Shown here one piece after another: positions 1-8,506 of a DNA stretch of 64,000 bases. Position numbers and translations under genes: made by a program. Under the pieces are notes generated by a model. The model made no database searches and was not told the origin of the DNA. It saw only the letters and a list, made by a program, of their open reading frames with translations. Position 1 is the stretch's first letter. Each line of letters begins with the position of its first letter. The DNA lies in the NCBI GenBank assembly GCA_045106895.1, contig JBGCFM010000024.1:64001-128000 (forward strand), written 5' to 3'. This DNA comes from Polyangiales bacterium. Its GTDB lineage: Bacteria; Myxococcota_A; Polyangia; Polyangiales; Houyiibacteriaceae.

Positions 1-651
1 CGACTAAGTCGGACCTTGGCGGAGCGCGGCTACTTCCTCGCCAGCGGCGGCGGGCCCGGCGCCATGGAGGCCACGCATCTCGGCGCTTGGTTTGCAGGCA
101 AGCCCGATACGGAGCTCGCCGACGCCATCGAGATTCTCTCGAAAGCGCCGCTCTACAAGGACCGCGAGTTCTTGAGCCAGGCGTTCCACGTCCGCGCCAA
201 GTACCCCTACGAAGGCACCTGTCCACCGAGCCTCGGTATTCCCACCTGGCTCTACGGCCACGAGCCTCCGAACCCGTTTGCGACGCACATCGCGAAGTTC
301 TTCGCCAACAGCGTTCGCGAGGACGGCCTCGTGACCATCGCGACCCACGGCATCGTCTTTGCCCCGGGTAGCGCAGGCACCATCCAAGAGATCTTCCAGG
401 ACGCCGCGCAAAACCACTATGGCACCGCGAAGAGCACAGCCTCGCCGATGGTCTTCATGAACGAGGAATACTGGACGAAGAAGCGTCCCGTCTACGGCCT
501 CATCCAGACCATGTCCGAGGGCCGCGCTTACGCGGACCTTCTGACGATTGGGGACGACGAGGAGGAGTTGGTGAACTTCATCGAGTCGCATCCGCCGGTG
601 AAGGTCGAAGACTCCGGTTGGAACGTCTGCGGCCTCCACTGCTCGAAGTAG
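1..651 (+). CDS. LOG-family (lysine decarboxylase-like Rossmann fold) protein, 5'-truncated by window
   Basis: SGGGPGAMEA and APGSAGTIQEIF motifs of the LOG family; frame is open from base 1. Confidence 0.8.
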   Translation, partial: RLSRTLAERGYFLASGGGPGAMEATHLGAWFAGKPDTELADAIEILSKAPLYKDREFLSQAFHVRAKYPYEGTCPPSLGIPTWLYGHEPPNPFATHIAKFFANSVREDGLVTIATHGIVFAPGSAGTIQEIFQDAAQNHYGTAKSTASPMVFMNEEYWTKKRPVYGLIQTMSEGRAYADLLTIGDDEEELVNFIESHPPVKVEDSGWNVCGLHCSK

Positions 652-652
652 C

Positions 653-928
653 TTGAGAGTGAGCCCCACTTTCGCCTGCCCTTGCTGCGCTCACCTCACC
701 CTCGCGGAGGCGCCACCGGGGACCTACGCGATCTGTCCCGTCTGCTTCTGGGAAGACGACTTCGTTCAGTTCCGCGATCCTGATTACGAGGGGGGAGCCA
801 ACGGCGTGAGCCTCGCGGAAGCGCGGGAGAACTTCCGAGCCTTTGGGGCATGCAGCGAAGCGAACAAGGCACATGTTCGCAGTGCTCTGCCGACGGAGCG
901 GCCAAACCCAGACGTCGACGAGGCCTAA
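653..928 (+). CDS. CPCC cysteine-rich protein
   Basis: CPCC...ICPVCFWEDD...GANGVSLAEARENF signature; alternative GTG start at 659. Confidence 0.8.
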   Translation: MRVSPTFACPCCAHLTLAEAPPGTYAICPVCFWEDDFVQFRDPDYEGGANGVSLAEARENFRAFGACSEANKAHVRSALPTERPNPDVDEA

Positions 929-930
929 GC

Positions 931-1497
931 TCAGTCGCCGGGCAAGAAGTCGAGCATCTCGGCCGGGACACGCTCGCCCGCGCCGGCGATGCGTTCGTCG
1001 CCTTTGCCGTCGATGAACACGAGGACCCGGCCCGCGGTGCCGCTGAGGATCGTGAACTCTCCCGCCGCCGCGCTCCGTAGACCCTCGCCTTCGGCGCGTA
1101 GAGTCGCGTTGCCGCGCTTGAGGAGGTGATGCCGGATGCCCTGCACTCGCAGCTCCGCCGGGACTCGGCCCGCTGGAAGCACGTCGGTGTTCTTCAGGAG
1201 CGCGAGGTCTTTGGCTTCCGCGTCGAGCTGAACCACCCAGTCGGCGCGCTCGCTCCCGGGCGTCTTGAAGAGACGCGCGATAAACTCGCCCTCCTCGCGC
1301 ACCTCGATCATCGCCGAGAGCCAGAGCTCTTCGCTGGCGTAGAGGAGAACGTCCCCAACGCAGAGGCCCCGAGGCCCTTTGGGCTTTGGTGGTCCTTCTT
1401 CCTCCGCCGGTGGCGGCGCCCTTCGATCACGCGCGCGACGTAGAATGTACGCCGCCGCCGCCGTCGCCGCGGCGCCAACAGCGAGCTCGATGATCAT
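931..1497 (-). CDS. Hypothetical protein with N-terminal membrane anchor (DUF4178-like)
   Basis: Hydrophobic N-terminus, GLCVGDVLLY segment; 4-bp overlap with thiE stop. Confidence 0.55.
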   Translation of the reverse strand: MIIELAVGAAATAAAAYILRRARDRRAPPPAEEEGPPKPKGPRGLCVGDVLLYASEELWLSAMIEVREEGEFIARLFKTPGSERADWVVQLDAEAKDLALLKNTDVLPAGRVPAELRVQGIRHHLLKRGNATLRAEGEGLRSAAAGEFTILSGTAGRVLVFIDGKGDERIAGAGERVPAEMLDFLPGD

Positions 1498-2102
1498 CGC
1501 GCCGCCTCAACGAACTGCTGAGCGGCGGCATAGGGATCCTTCGCCGAGCACACGGCGGAGATCGCCGCGACCATCGACGCCCCGGCCTCGAAAGCGCTCT
1601 TGGCGCGCTCGAGGGAGATGCCGCCGATGGCCACCACAGGCACTTCCACCGCCGCACAGATCGACTGGAGGCCGCGAAGACCCACCGTCGCGTCGGGGTT
1701 TGCCTTTGAGCTTGTATCGAACACAGGACCAAACCCGATGAGGTCCGCGTCATGGGTCGACTTGGCTTGTTCCATGGTGTGCGTGGATACGCCGATGGGT
1801 CCTTCAAAGAAGCGCCGTGCTTCTTCGATTGGCAGGTCATCTTGGCCCAGGTGCAGACCATCGGCGCCGGTGAGCAGCGCTAGGTCGAAGCGGTCGTTCA
1901 TCACAAAGGGCACCGCTACTGCCTTGCAACGCTCTGCCAGCTCAAGGCCCAGCGCATATCGCTCTCGGTCGCTGCCGTTCTTCCAACGAAGCTGCAAAGC
2001 CGCGGGGCCTGCCTTGAGAATCGCGTCGGCGGTTTCCTGGGGCGGCAGCACACAGTGCTCCGGGTCCACGATCGCGTAAAATCCCTTCCATTTGTCGTTC
2101 AC
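1494..2102 (-). CDS. thiE: Thiamine-phosphate synthase
   Basis: LQLRWK, NDRFDLA, GLHLGQDD, IGVSTH, GFGPVFDTSSK, VAIGGI motifs; GTG at 2102 chosen as start. Confidence 0.92.
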   Translation of the reverse strand: MNDKWKGFYAIVDPEHCVLPPQETADAILKAGPAALQLRWKNGSDRERYALGLELAERCKAVAVPFVMNDRFDLALLTGADGLHLGQDDLPIEEARRFFEGPIGVSTHTMEQAKSTHDADLIGFGPVFDTSSKANPDATVGLRGLQSICAAVEVPVVAIGGISLERAKSAFEAGASMVAAISAVCSAKDPYAAAQQFVEAAR

Positions 2103-2173
2103 GCAGCTTCTTAGCACGGACCGCCGCCCTCCTCGGCGCTCAAGTTTTGGCAAGGGCCGCCGATTCTATCGCT

Positions 2174-3277
2174 ATGGACACGTTGATCGTTGGAGAGGCT
2201 TCTCCGGAGCGGCGCAGAGCCGCGATACGCGCCGCGGACCGCGGAGGCTGCTCCGCCATCGTGGTGAGGACCGTCGCTGAAGCGCGTCACTCCCTCGAAG
2301 ACCACGCGCCCCAGGCGATCTTCATCGACCACCAGCAAGACATCGCCAGCTTCGTGGCGTGGGTTCGTGGTCAGGCGCATCTTTTTACCGTGCCCGTCAT
2401 CGTCACGGTCCCGGCTGCGGACGAAACCCGCTTTCACATCGCCCACTGCGCCGGCGCAGACGACGCCATCGTCAATACAGATCTCGGCGCCATCACACGA
2501 CGCCTCGCCAACCTCTCTGAGTTTGACCCGGCCCGTCGCCCGGAGGTCACCCAAGGCGAGTGTTTGATCGCCTCGGCCAACGAAGGCCGCCGGCGTGTTC
2601 TTGGCCGCATCGCGCGACAAGCGGGCTTTGATGTGGTCTTTGCGCTCGATGTGGACGAGCTGGAGGCCCGCGCATCCAAGGTCGCTCTCATCGTTGCGGA
2701 GTCGGACCTTTCCACGGAACGTCCGGACAAAGAGTTCGCTTGGGTTCGGGAAAAGGAAAACGTCCCGGCGATCATCTTGGCGCCCGAGGTGGATGTGCCC
2801 TCCCTTCAAACGCGCCTCAGCGCGCACCGCTGCTCCGTCGGCGCCATCAACGAGCCCCCGGACCATCTGCTCTTTCAGGCGAACGAACTCCTCCGTCCCG
2901 ACGTGAGCAATATCCGAGCGTCCACGCGTGTGCTTCACGGCGCGATCTGTACCTTTCGGCCCGCGGGCTCCCTCGAACCCGCCTTCGCGCTCACCTACAA
3001 CTGGAGCCGCGAAGGACTCTACGTTCGCACCCTGGACCCCCCATCGCGTGGACAGGACCTCTGGCTTGAGGTGCGTCTGCCCTTCCGCCGAGAAGCCGCT
3101 CACCTCCGCGGAAAGGTCGTCTGGGCCACAGGTCCCCACAGGCCCGGAGGCACCACGCCGCCAGGCTTCGGCCTGAAGATCCAAGCCGCGGACTCCCCAC
3201 CCGGAGACCTCGCACAGTACCGCCTCGCATACGAAGAGCTCGTCGCCGGCAGCGCGCAGCTCCTTCAAGTCGCGTAA
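2174..3277 (+). CDS. PilZ-domain protein with degenerate receiver-like N-terminal domains
   Basis: C-terminal RxxxR (IRASTR), NWSREGLYV and GKVVW...PGFGLK typical of myxobacterial PilZ; N-terminal PQAIFID/GADDAI receiver-like elements. Confidence 0.7.
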   Translation: MDTLIVGEASPERRRAAIRAADRGGCSAIVVRTVAEARHSLEDHAPQAIFIDHQQDIASFVAWVRGQAHLFTVPVIVTVPAADETRFHIAHCAGADDAIVNTDLGAITRRLANLSEFDPARRPEVTQGECLIASANEGRRRVLGRIARQAGFDVVFALDVDELEARASKVALIVAESDLSTERPDKEFAWVREKENVPAIILAPEVDVPSLQTRLSAHRCSVGAINEPPDHLLFQANELLRPDVSNIRASTRVLHGAICTFRPAGSLEPAFALTYNWSREGLYVRTLDPPSRGQDLWLEVRLPFRREAAHLRGKVVWATGPHRPGGTTPPGFGLKIQAADSPPGDLAQYRLAYEELVAGSAQLLQVA

Positions 3278-3401
3278 CGATCGGCGGGAATGAGGTCACC
3301 TGAGCCCAGCGGTGGCTGCTCTAGCGGCCACTCCGCCGCTCTTCGCCGGCGTGACGCCGCGTATCAAGGGCAAAAAGCCCTGGTTTTAGCCGGACGAGAC
3401 C

Positions 3402-3417
3402 TGGCATAGGACGTGCT
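3402..3417 (+). promoter_or_regulatory. Possible sigma54 -24/-12 promoter
   Basis: TGGCATAGGACGTGCT = GG-N10-GC spacing, intergenic, upstream of the 3429-aguAB run. Confidence 0.4.
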
Positions 3418-3428
3418 CTATTTGGGGC

Positions 3429-3794
3429 ATGACCTCCTCGAACGACGCGACCATTTGGACGGCCCCGAAGAAGCTGCGTCGGCCACGTCGCGCCGATGAG
3501 AGCGGAGTACAGCGGACAGAGCCCAAGAAGCTCAAGCCTTTCACGGTCACGCCGGACGTCGACGCCCTTGGTTATGACCCCTTTGAGGATCAGCCCACCC
3601 TCGTCCACGCCGAGTCGTGGCGCGCTTCGGTGAAGCCCCCTACAGACTTTCCCCTCCCGTTGCACCAGAAGAAGGTCAGCTGGCTCGACTCGCTGCCTGA
3701 AGCGGCGCGCGCCGTCCTGATGGCCGCCGCGGAGCCCGTCGACATGGACGCACCTCGTATCGCTGGCGCCATCGCTCAACCTCGCGAAGACTGA
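3429..3794 (+). CDS. Hypothetical protein
   Basis: 121-aa ORF ending 5 bp before aguA, co-directional. Confidence 0.55.
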   Translation: MTSSNDATIWTAPKKLRRPRRADESGVQRTEPKKLKPFTVTPDVDALGYDPFEDQPTLVHAESWRASVKPPTDFPLPLHQKKVSWLDSLPEAARAVLMAAAEPVDMDAPRIAGAIAQPRED

Positions 3795-3799
3795 ACTCG

Positions 3800-4759
3800 A
3801 TGCATGTGCCCGCCGAGCACCATCGCCACGACGCCTGCTGGCTCGCGGCTCCCTATCGCGACGAGGAGTGGGCGGACCTCGCTGGCGCTCAGCGCGAACA
3901 CGAAGCCCTCGTCCTCGCTATCGCCGAGACGGAGCGCGTAGAGCTCCTCACGCAGGAGCCCTCTGCCGCCGAGCGAGCGCATCCGAACGTGCGAATCCAC
4001 GATTTGCCTTACGGCGACTCCTGGACGCGCGACACGGGACCTGTCTTCGCCATCGACGACGGCGCCCTCGTCGCGCTGAGTTTTCGCTTCGACGGATGGG
4101 GCGACAAATACCTGATGGATGGCGATGCACTTCTGAGCGAAGGCATCGCAAAGGCCGCTGGAGTGCCCATGAGGTCCTTCGACTTTGTCCTCGAAGGCGG
4201 CGCCGTGGAATTCGACGGAGAGGGCACGTTGCTCACCACCTCGTGCCTGAGCTTGCCGAACCGGAAGCCTCCGGCGGACCTGCGCGCCCGAGTGAAGAGC
4301 GCTTTTGACGTGAACCACGTCATCGAGATTGAAGGGCAGCTCGCAAACGACCACACGGACGGTCACATCGACACCATCGCGCGCTTCGTGAAGCCCGGCG
4401 AAGTTGTCTGCATGCGCGGCGGTCCGGATGACCCCAACGGCGCCATGCTCCTCGCCATCGAGGAGCAGCTCCTCATGGCCACGGACGCTGCCGGACGCCC
4501 TCTCATCGTTCACACGATCCCATCGGCGGGCCTTCTTCGCGGCAGTGATGGCGAGCTCCTCGCGGCGAGCTACTGCAACTACTACCTCGCCAATGAGCAG
4601 GTCATCGTGCCGCAATATGGCGTCGCCAATGACGAGGCCGCGCTCTCCGCCATCGCCGCGCTCTTCCCCGAGCGAAGCGTCCGCGGCCTCGCCAGCCGCG
4701 CCATCATCGAAGGCGGCGGCTCATTCCACTGCATCACCCAACAGCAGCCAAGCTTATGA
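3800..4759 (+). CDS. aguA: Agmatine deiminase
   Basis: DSWTRDTGP, LEGGAVEFDGEG, DHTDGHID, ASYCNYY, GGGSFHCITQQQP. Confidence 0.95.
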   Translation: MHVPAEHHRHDACWLAAPYRDEEWADLAGAQREHEALVLAIAETERVELLTQEPSAAERAHPNVRIHDLPYGDSWTRDTGPVFAIDDGALVALSFRFDGWGDKYLMDGDALLSEGIAKAAGVPMRSFDFVLEGGAVEFDGEGTLLTTSCLSLPNRKPPADLRARVKSAFDVNHVIEIEGQLANDHTDGHIDTIARFVKPGEVVCMRGGPDDPNGAMLLAIEEQLLMATDAAGRPLIVHTIPSAGLLRGSDGELLAASYCNYYLANEQVIVPQYGVANDEAALSAIAALFPERSVRGLASRAIIEGGGSFHCITQQQPSL

Positions 4760-5634
4760 GTTCTGACATGGCCGAAGAATCAGCCGAAGACACGGACCTC
4801 TGCGTCGCCGCCATCCAGTGCGCCCTCGGCGACGACAAAGCCACCAATATCGCTCGCGTAGAACGTCTCGTGCGTCAGGCCGCGGCGGAAGGCGCCCAGG
4901 TCATCTTGCCGCCGGAGCTCTTCGAGGGGCCATACTTCTGCCAAGCGGAAGAAGAGCGCTTCTTCGATCTCGCTCATGAGTTCGAAGACCACCCGACCAT
5001 CGCGCACTTCGCCGGTCTCGCGAAAGAGCTCGGCGTCGTCGTGCCCGTGTCCTTCTTTGAGCGAAGCGGCCAATCGCACTACAACTCCGTCGCCATCATC
5101 GACGCCGATGGAAGCGTTCTCGGCAAGTACCGGAAGAGCCACATCCCCGACGGCCCGGGTTACGAAGAGAAGTTCTACTTTCGGCCCGGTGACACAGGCT
5201 TTTGTGTGTGGCCGACGCGTTTCGGGCGCATTGGCGTGGGCATCTGCTGGGACCAGTGGTTTCCCGAAGCGGCGCGCGCCATGGCTCTGGCCGGCGCCGA
5301 GGTCCTCCTCTATCCCACGGCCATCGGCACCGAGCCGGAGGCGCCGGACCAAGACACGCGGGACCCCTGGCAGCGCGCGATGATCGGCCACGCCGTCTGC
5401 AACGCAATGCCCGTCGTCGCGGCGAACCGCATCGGCACGGAAGGCGGCATGACCTTTTACGGCTCCAGCTTCGTCGCGGACGGGCGCGGGGACAAGCGGG
5501 CAGAACTCTCGCGAACGGAAGAAGGCATCGCAACGGCGCGCTTTGACCGCGCCGCGCTACGGCGTGAGCGTGCCGGTTGGGGCTTCTTCCGGGACCGGCG
5601 TCCCGAGCTCTATGGGCCGCTGATGAAGGCGTAG
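4756..5634 (+). CDS. aguB: N-carbamoylputrescine amidase
   Basis: Nitrilase triad: PELF, YRKSHIPDGPGYEEKFYF, ICWDQWFPE; ATGA overlap with aguA. Confidence 0.95.
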   Translation: MSSDMAEESAEDTDLCVAAIQCALGDDKATNIARVERLVRQAAAEGAQVILPPELFEGPYFCQAEEERFFDLAHEFEDHPTIAHFAGLAKELGVVVPVSFFERSGQSHYNSVAIIDADGSVLGKYRKSHIPDGPGYEEKFYFRPGDTGFCVWPTRFGRIGVGICWDQWFPEAARAMALAGAEVLLYPTAIGTEPEAPDQDTRDPWQRAMIGHAVCNAMPVVAANRIGTEGGMTFYGSSFVADGRGDKRAELSRTEEGIATARFDRAALRRERAGWGFFRDRRPELYGPLMKA

Positions 5635-7374
5635 TCGCGAGAGGGGCACGCTTCGGGGGTCACGGTGTGTCGGGGCTGCGCCGCTGGTGCGGATCAAACC
5701 AACGCCGCCTACGCTGTCGAGCTCCTCGAGGCTCATGTCTTCATGCCGCGTTTGAATCAGCTCGCCGAACTTCACGAGCGTAAGCCCCACCTCTCCGTTG
5801 CAGATAAGGTCGACGCGGCCATCGCCGAAGCGAAGGGCGAGGTCCGCGGGGTTTCGCGCCGTCACGAGGAGCGTGAAGATCAGGTCGTTGCCATCTTCTT
5901 CGACGTCTACCCAGCGAAGCCCCGAGCTGAGGGCGACGCCCCCGGGCCACTCACGCCGGCGTCGGTGTCCCATTAAGCACTCGGAGGCGAGGGGGTCTGC
6001 GCCCCGGGAGAACACCAGGTAGTCCCCTTCGCTGCCGATGAGCCCGTAGTCCTCACGCTGGAGCCAGTTACGTACATGCGGCTCTTCGACGGTGCGCAGC
6101 AGCGTGGCGGTTCGCGCGTAGCGTCGCCGATGCGAGATATCGAGGATCGTGATGTCGTCACCGTGGTCCGGCGGCGGCGCGCGATGAAGGCGGGCGCGTT
6201 CCGCGAGGTGCGGGAGGAGCTCGTCCGGCGCCTGAACCGACGAGTCTGGCGGAATCAGCGCCAATACCGCGCGTGCGGCCCGCGTCTGCTCGTCTTCGCG
6301 GAAGTGCCCGTCCTCTTTGAACATATCGCCATGGAAGCCAACCCAAACGTAGGCCACGACGAGCGCGGCGCTCATGAGCCCGAGGCTCACCTTGGGGCGA
6401 GGGAGCGTCGCGGCGCCGAGGATGGCTGCGGCGACAAGGAAAGGGAGCGCCGGCGTGAGGTAGTGCGAGTCGAGGTTCGGCGTCGTCGGAAACCCAGAGA
6501 CCAGGTTCATGGCCAGCACCGGAATCGCGGGGATGGCGAGGCGCCAACCGGCGAGAGGCAAGAGCGCCAAAGGCGCGAGGACGCGGAGCAGGTAGGTGCC
6601 GCGCCGACCCTCGAAGACATGAGCAAGGAGCTCGATGGGGTGGTCCAGCCAGTGGGTCAGCACCTCCGCTGGCGTATCTCCCCAGATCCCCAAGTGCTGC
6701 GAGAAAGACCCGCCACGCGGCGCGAAGGTGGGGTGCAGATGAAAGAGAAAGTAGCCAAACCAAGCGAGGCACGCTCCGCCGGCGAGAAGCGCGTGGCGCC
6801 GGTCATAGCGCCAAAGAACGAACGCGACGAAGAGCCCGACGAGGGCGAGGTCTTCGCGACATACGAGCATGCCGAGGCACGCGTAGAGCACGCTCCGGCC
6901 GTCTTGGGCGTCGAGACGCTCCACGGCCCAAGCGAGGGGAAAGAGCGCGATGGTTCCTGGGTGCGCTTCGTAGGTGAGCACGTGTCCCATGTTGGGATGA
7001 AGGAGAATCGCCAGCGCCCCGAGCCATGCGCCCGCGGAACCGAGGCGTCTTCGGCCCATTCGCGAGAGCATGAACGCGGCGCCGAAGGCCGAGGCGGCTT
7101 GGGCCAAGATCAGCGCGTTCGCTGTGCCGATGAAGAGACCCAGCGCGCCGATGGGGACCAGCACGGGGGAGAGGTGTAGCCCGAGGACATGAGCGTCCGC
7201 GATGGGCATCCAGAAGTCGCCGCGGACGAGGCCCCAGGACATGCGCGTATAGAACGCGAGGTCAAAGGTCTGGTTGTGAAGTGTGTCGAAGCGACACCAC
7301 GTGAAGTACGCGAAGGTCGCCGTGATGATCGCCGCAAGGACGAGGGGCCCTTGGCGATCGATGCGCCGCTTCAC
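5557..7374 (-). CDS. DUF2079-family multi-pass membrane protein (putative GT-C-fold glycosyltransferase)
   Basis: FDLAFY, LGLHLSP, CREDLAL, SHY motifs and many TM helices; GTG at 7374 follows GAGGG; 3' end overlaps the aguB end convergently. Confidence 0.75.
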   Translation of the reverse strand: MKRRIDRQGPLVLAAIITATFAYFTWCRFDTLHNQTFDLAFYTRMSWGLVRGDFWMPIADAHVLGLHLSPVLVPIGALGLFIGTANALILAQAASAFGAAFMLSRMGRRRLGSAGAWLGALAILLHPNMGHVLTYEAHPGTIALFPLAWAVERLDAQDGRSVLYACLGMLVCREDLALVGLFVAFVLWRYDRRHALLAGGACLAWFGYFLFHLHPTFAPRGGSFSQHLGIWGDTPAEVLTHWLDHPIELLAHVFEGRRGTYLLRVLAPLALLPLAGWRLAIPAIPVLAMNLVSGFPTTPNLDSHYLTPALPFLVAAAILGAATLPRPKVSLGLMSAALVVAYVWVGFHGDMFKEDGHFREDEQTRAARAVLALIPPDSSVQAPDELLPHLAERARLHRAPPPDHGDDITILDISHRRRYARTATLLRTVEEPHVRNWLQREDYGLIGSEGDYLVFSRGADPLASECLMGHRRRREWPGGVALSSGLRWVDVEEDGNDLIFTLLVTARNPADLALRFGDGRVDLICNGEVGLTLVKFGELIQTRHEDMSLEELDSVGGVGLIRTSGAAPTHRDPRSVPLSRLRLHQRPIELGTPVPEEAPTGTLTP

Positions 7375-7387
7375 ACGCCGTTTTCCC

Positions 7388-8449
7388 TCATTCGATGAAG
7401 ACGGACTCTTCCCCAAAGCGCTCCACCATCTCATCGATATGCGCGATAGCGCGGTCTACACGAAGCGCGAGCCCTTCTAGCTGGTGCGGCGGAAGAACCG
7501 GCGCGAGGGGGTCGTTCGCGAGCCTGGCCTCGTAGTCTTCCAGGCGGAATTCGCCGAGCGCCCGATAAGTGGAGCGACGAAAGCGCTGCAACACCTCGAT
7601 ACGCGACTCCATGAGCCCCTGGCGCGGGTTCACCCAAAAGCCGGCGCCGTTGTCGAGGTAGATCAGCCGACCGTTCACTCGGCGCACATTCGTGTACTCG
7701 CCGCCCCAGCGGTCCACATTGGAGATGAGGTAGTCGAAGAGAATCAGGTCCGAGAGCTCGGCGATCTCTTCAGTCGTGAGCGTCTCCGGCGCGTCGGCAA
7801 ACGAACCGAGTTCCGTCTCTGCGCGCTCGGCGCGGCCGTTGATGCGTGCGCGATAGTCCGCAGGTCGCTGAAAAGGCGTGATGTCGAGACCGCCGCGGAC
7901 TCGGACGAAGTGCTCCCAGTCTTGGCCCAGATGCCACGTTCGCAGGCGTCCATCGATCCAGTGAATGAACGCTCCGCGGACGAAGCCTTCGTCGATCACC
8001 GCGCTCGACTCGCCGCGGTATCCTTGGGCGGCGCGCTCAAGTCGGCTCCACTCGATCTGCCTTCCACTGACCGCGGGGGTTCGGCCGAGTCCGAGGATTC
8101 GGTCGAGATGGTAGGCGGCGATCTCCGAGTACCAGTGGGCGCCACTGAAGGATTGCTCGGGTTTGAAGTAGCCTTTGGTTCCGTCCTCGAGCTCGATGCG
8201 AAACGCGAGGGAACGTCCACCATGGCCAACGCGCACGCGCCGAATCGCAGAATCCGCAAGGGAGGCGAGGTGTGGCGCGTCTGCGTCGTCGAAGAAGGCG
8301 GGCACGGGCTCCGGGGCCGAGGCCTCGGGAGCCACAAGTTCGGGCGCTGGGACGTTCGCCGTCGCCTGTGGCGGGGGCAATTCGCTCGGTTCCGCTGTCT
8401 GAAGGCATCCAGAAAGGCAGAGCACGACGCATGTCCGGGCAAAACGCAC
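7388..8449 (-). CDS. Fam20C/four-jointed-like atypical kinase, predicted lipoprotein
   Basis: FKP, SEIAAYHLDRILG, FDYLISNVDR, IYLDNGAGF motifs; LSGC lipobox. Confidence 0.75.
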   Translation of the reverse strand: MRFARTCVVLCLSGCLQTAEPSELPPPQATANVPAPELVAPEASAPEPVPAFFDDADAPHLASLADSAIRRVRVGHGGRSLAFRIELEDGTKGYFKPEQSFSGAHWYSEIAAYHLDRILGLGRTPAVSGRQIEWSRLERAAQGYRGESSAVIDEGFVRGAFIHWIDGRLRTWHLGQDWEHFVRVRGGLDITPFQRPADYRARINGRAERAETELGSFADAPETLTTEEIAELSDLILFDYLISNVDRWGGEYTNVRRVNGRLIYLDNGAGFWVNPRQGLMESRIEVLQRFRRSTYRALGEFRLEDYEARLANDPLAPVLPPHQLEGLALRVDRAIAHIDEMVERFGEESVFIE

Positions 8450-8506
8450 ACGCTATTGGAACGGATCCGGGGGCCTGAACGCCAAAAAAGCGCAGGCGAG
8501 CGAAAG

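Noticed and set aside
5557..5634. 78-bp convergent overlap of aguB and the DUF2079 gene as a frameshift or pseudogene sign
   Set aside because: Both frames are intact; convergent 3' overlaps are common in compact GC-rich genomes.
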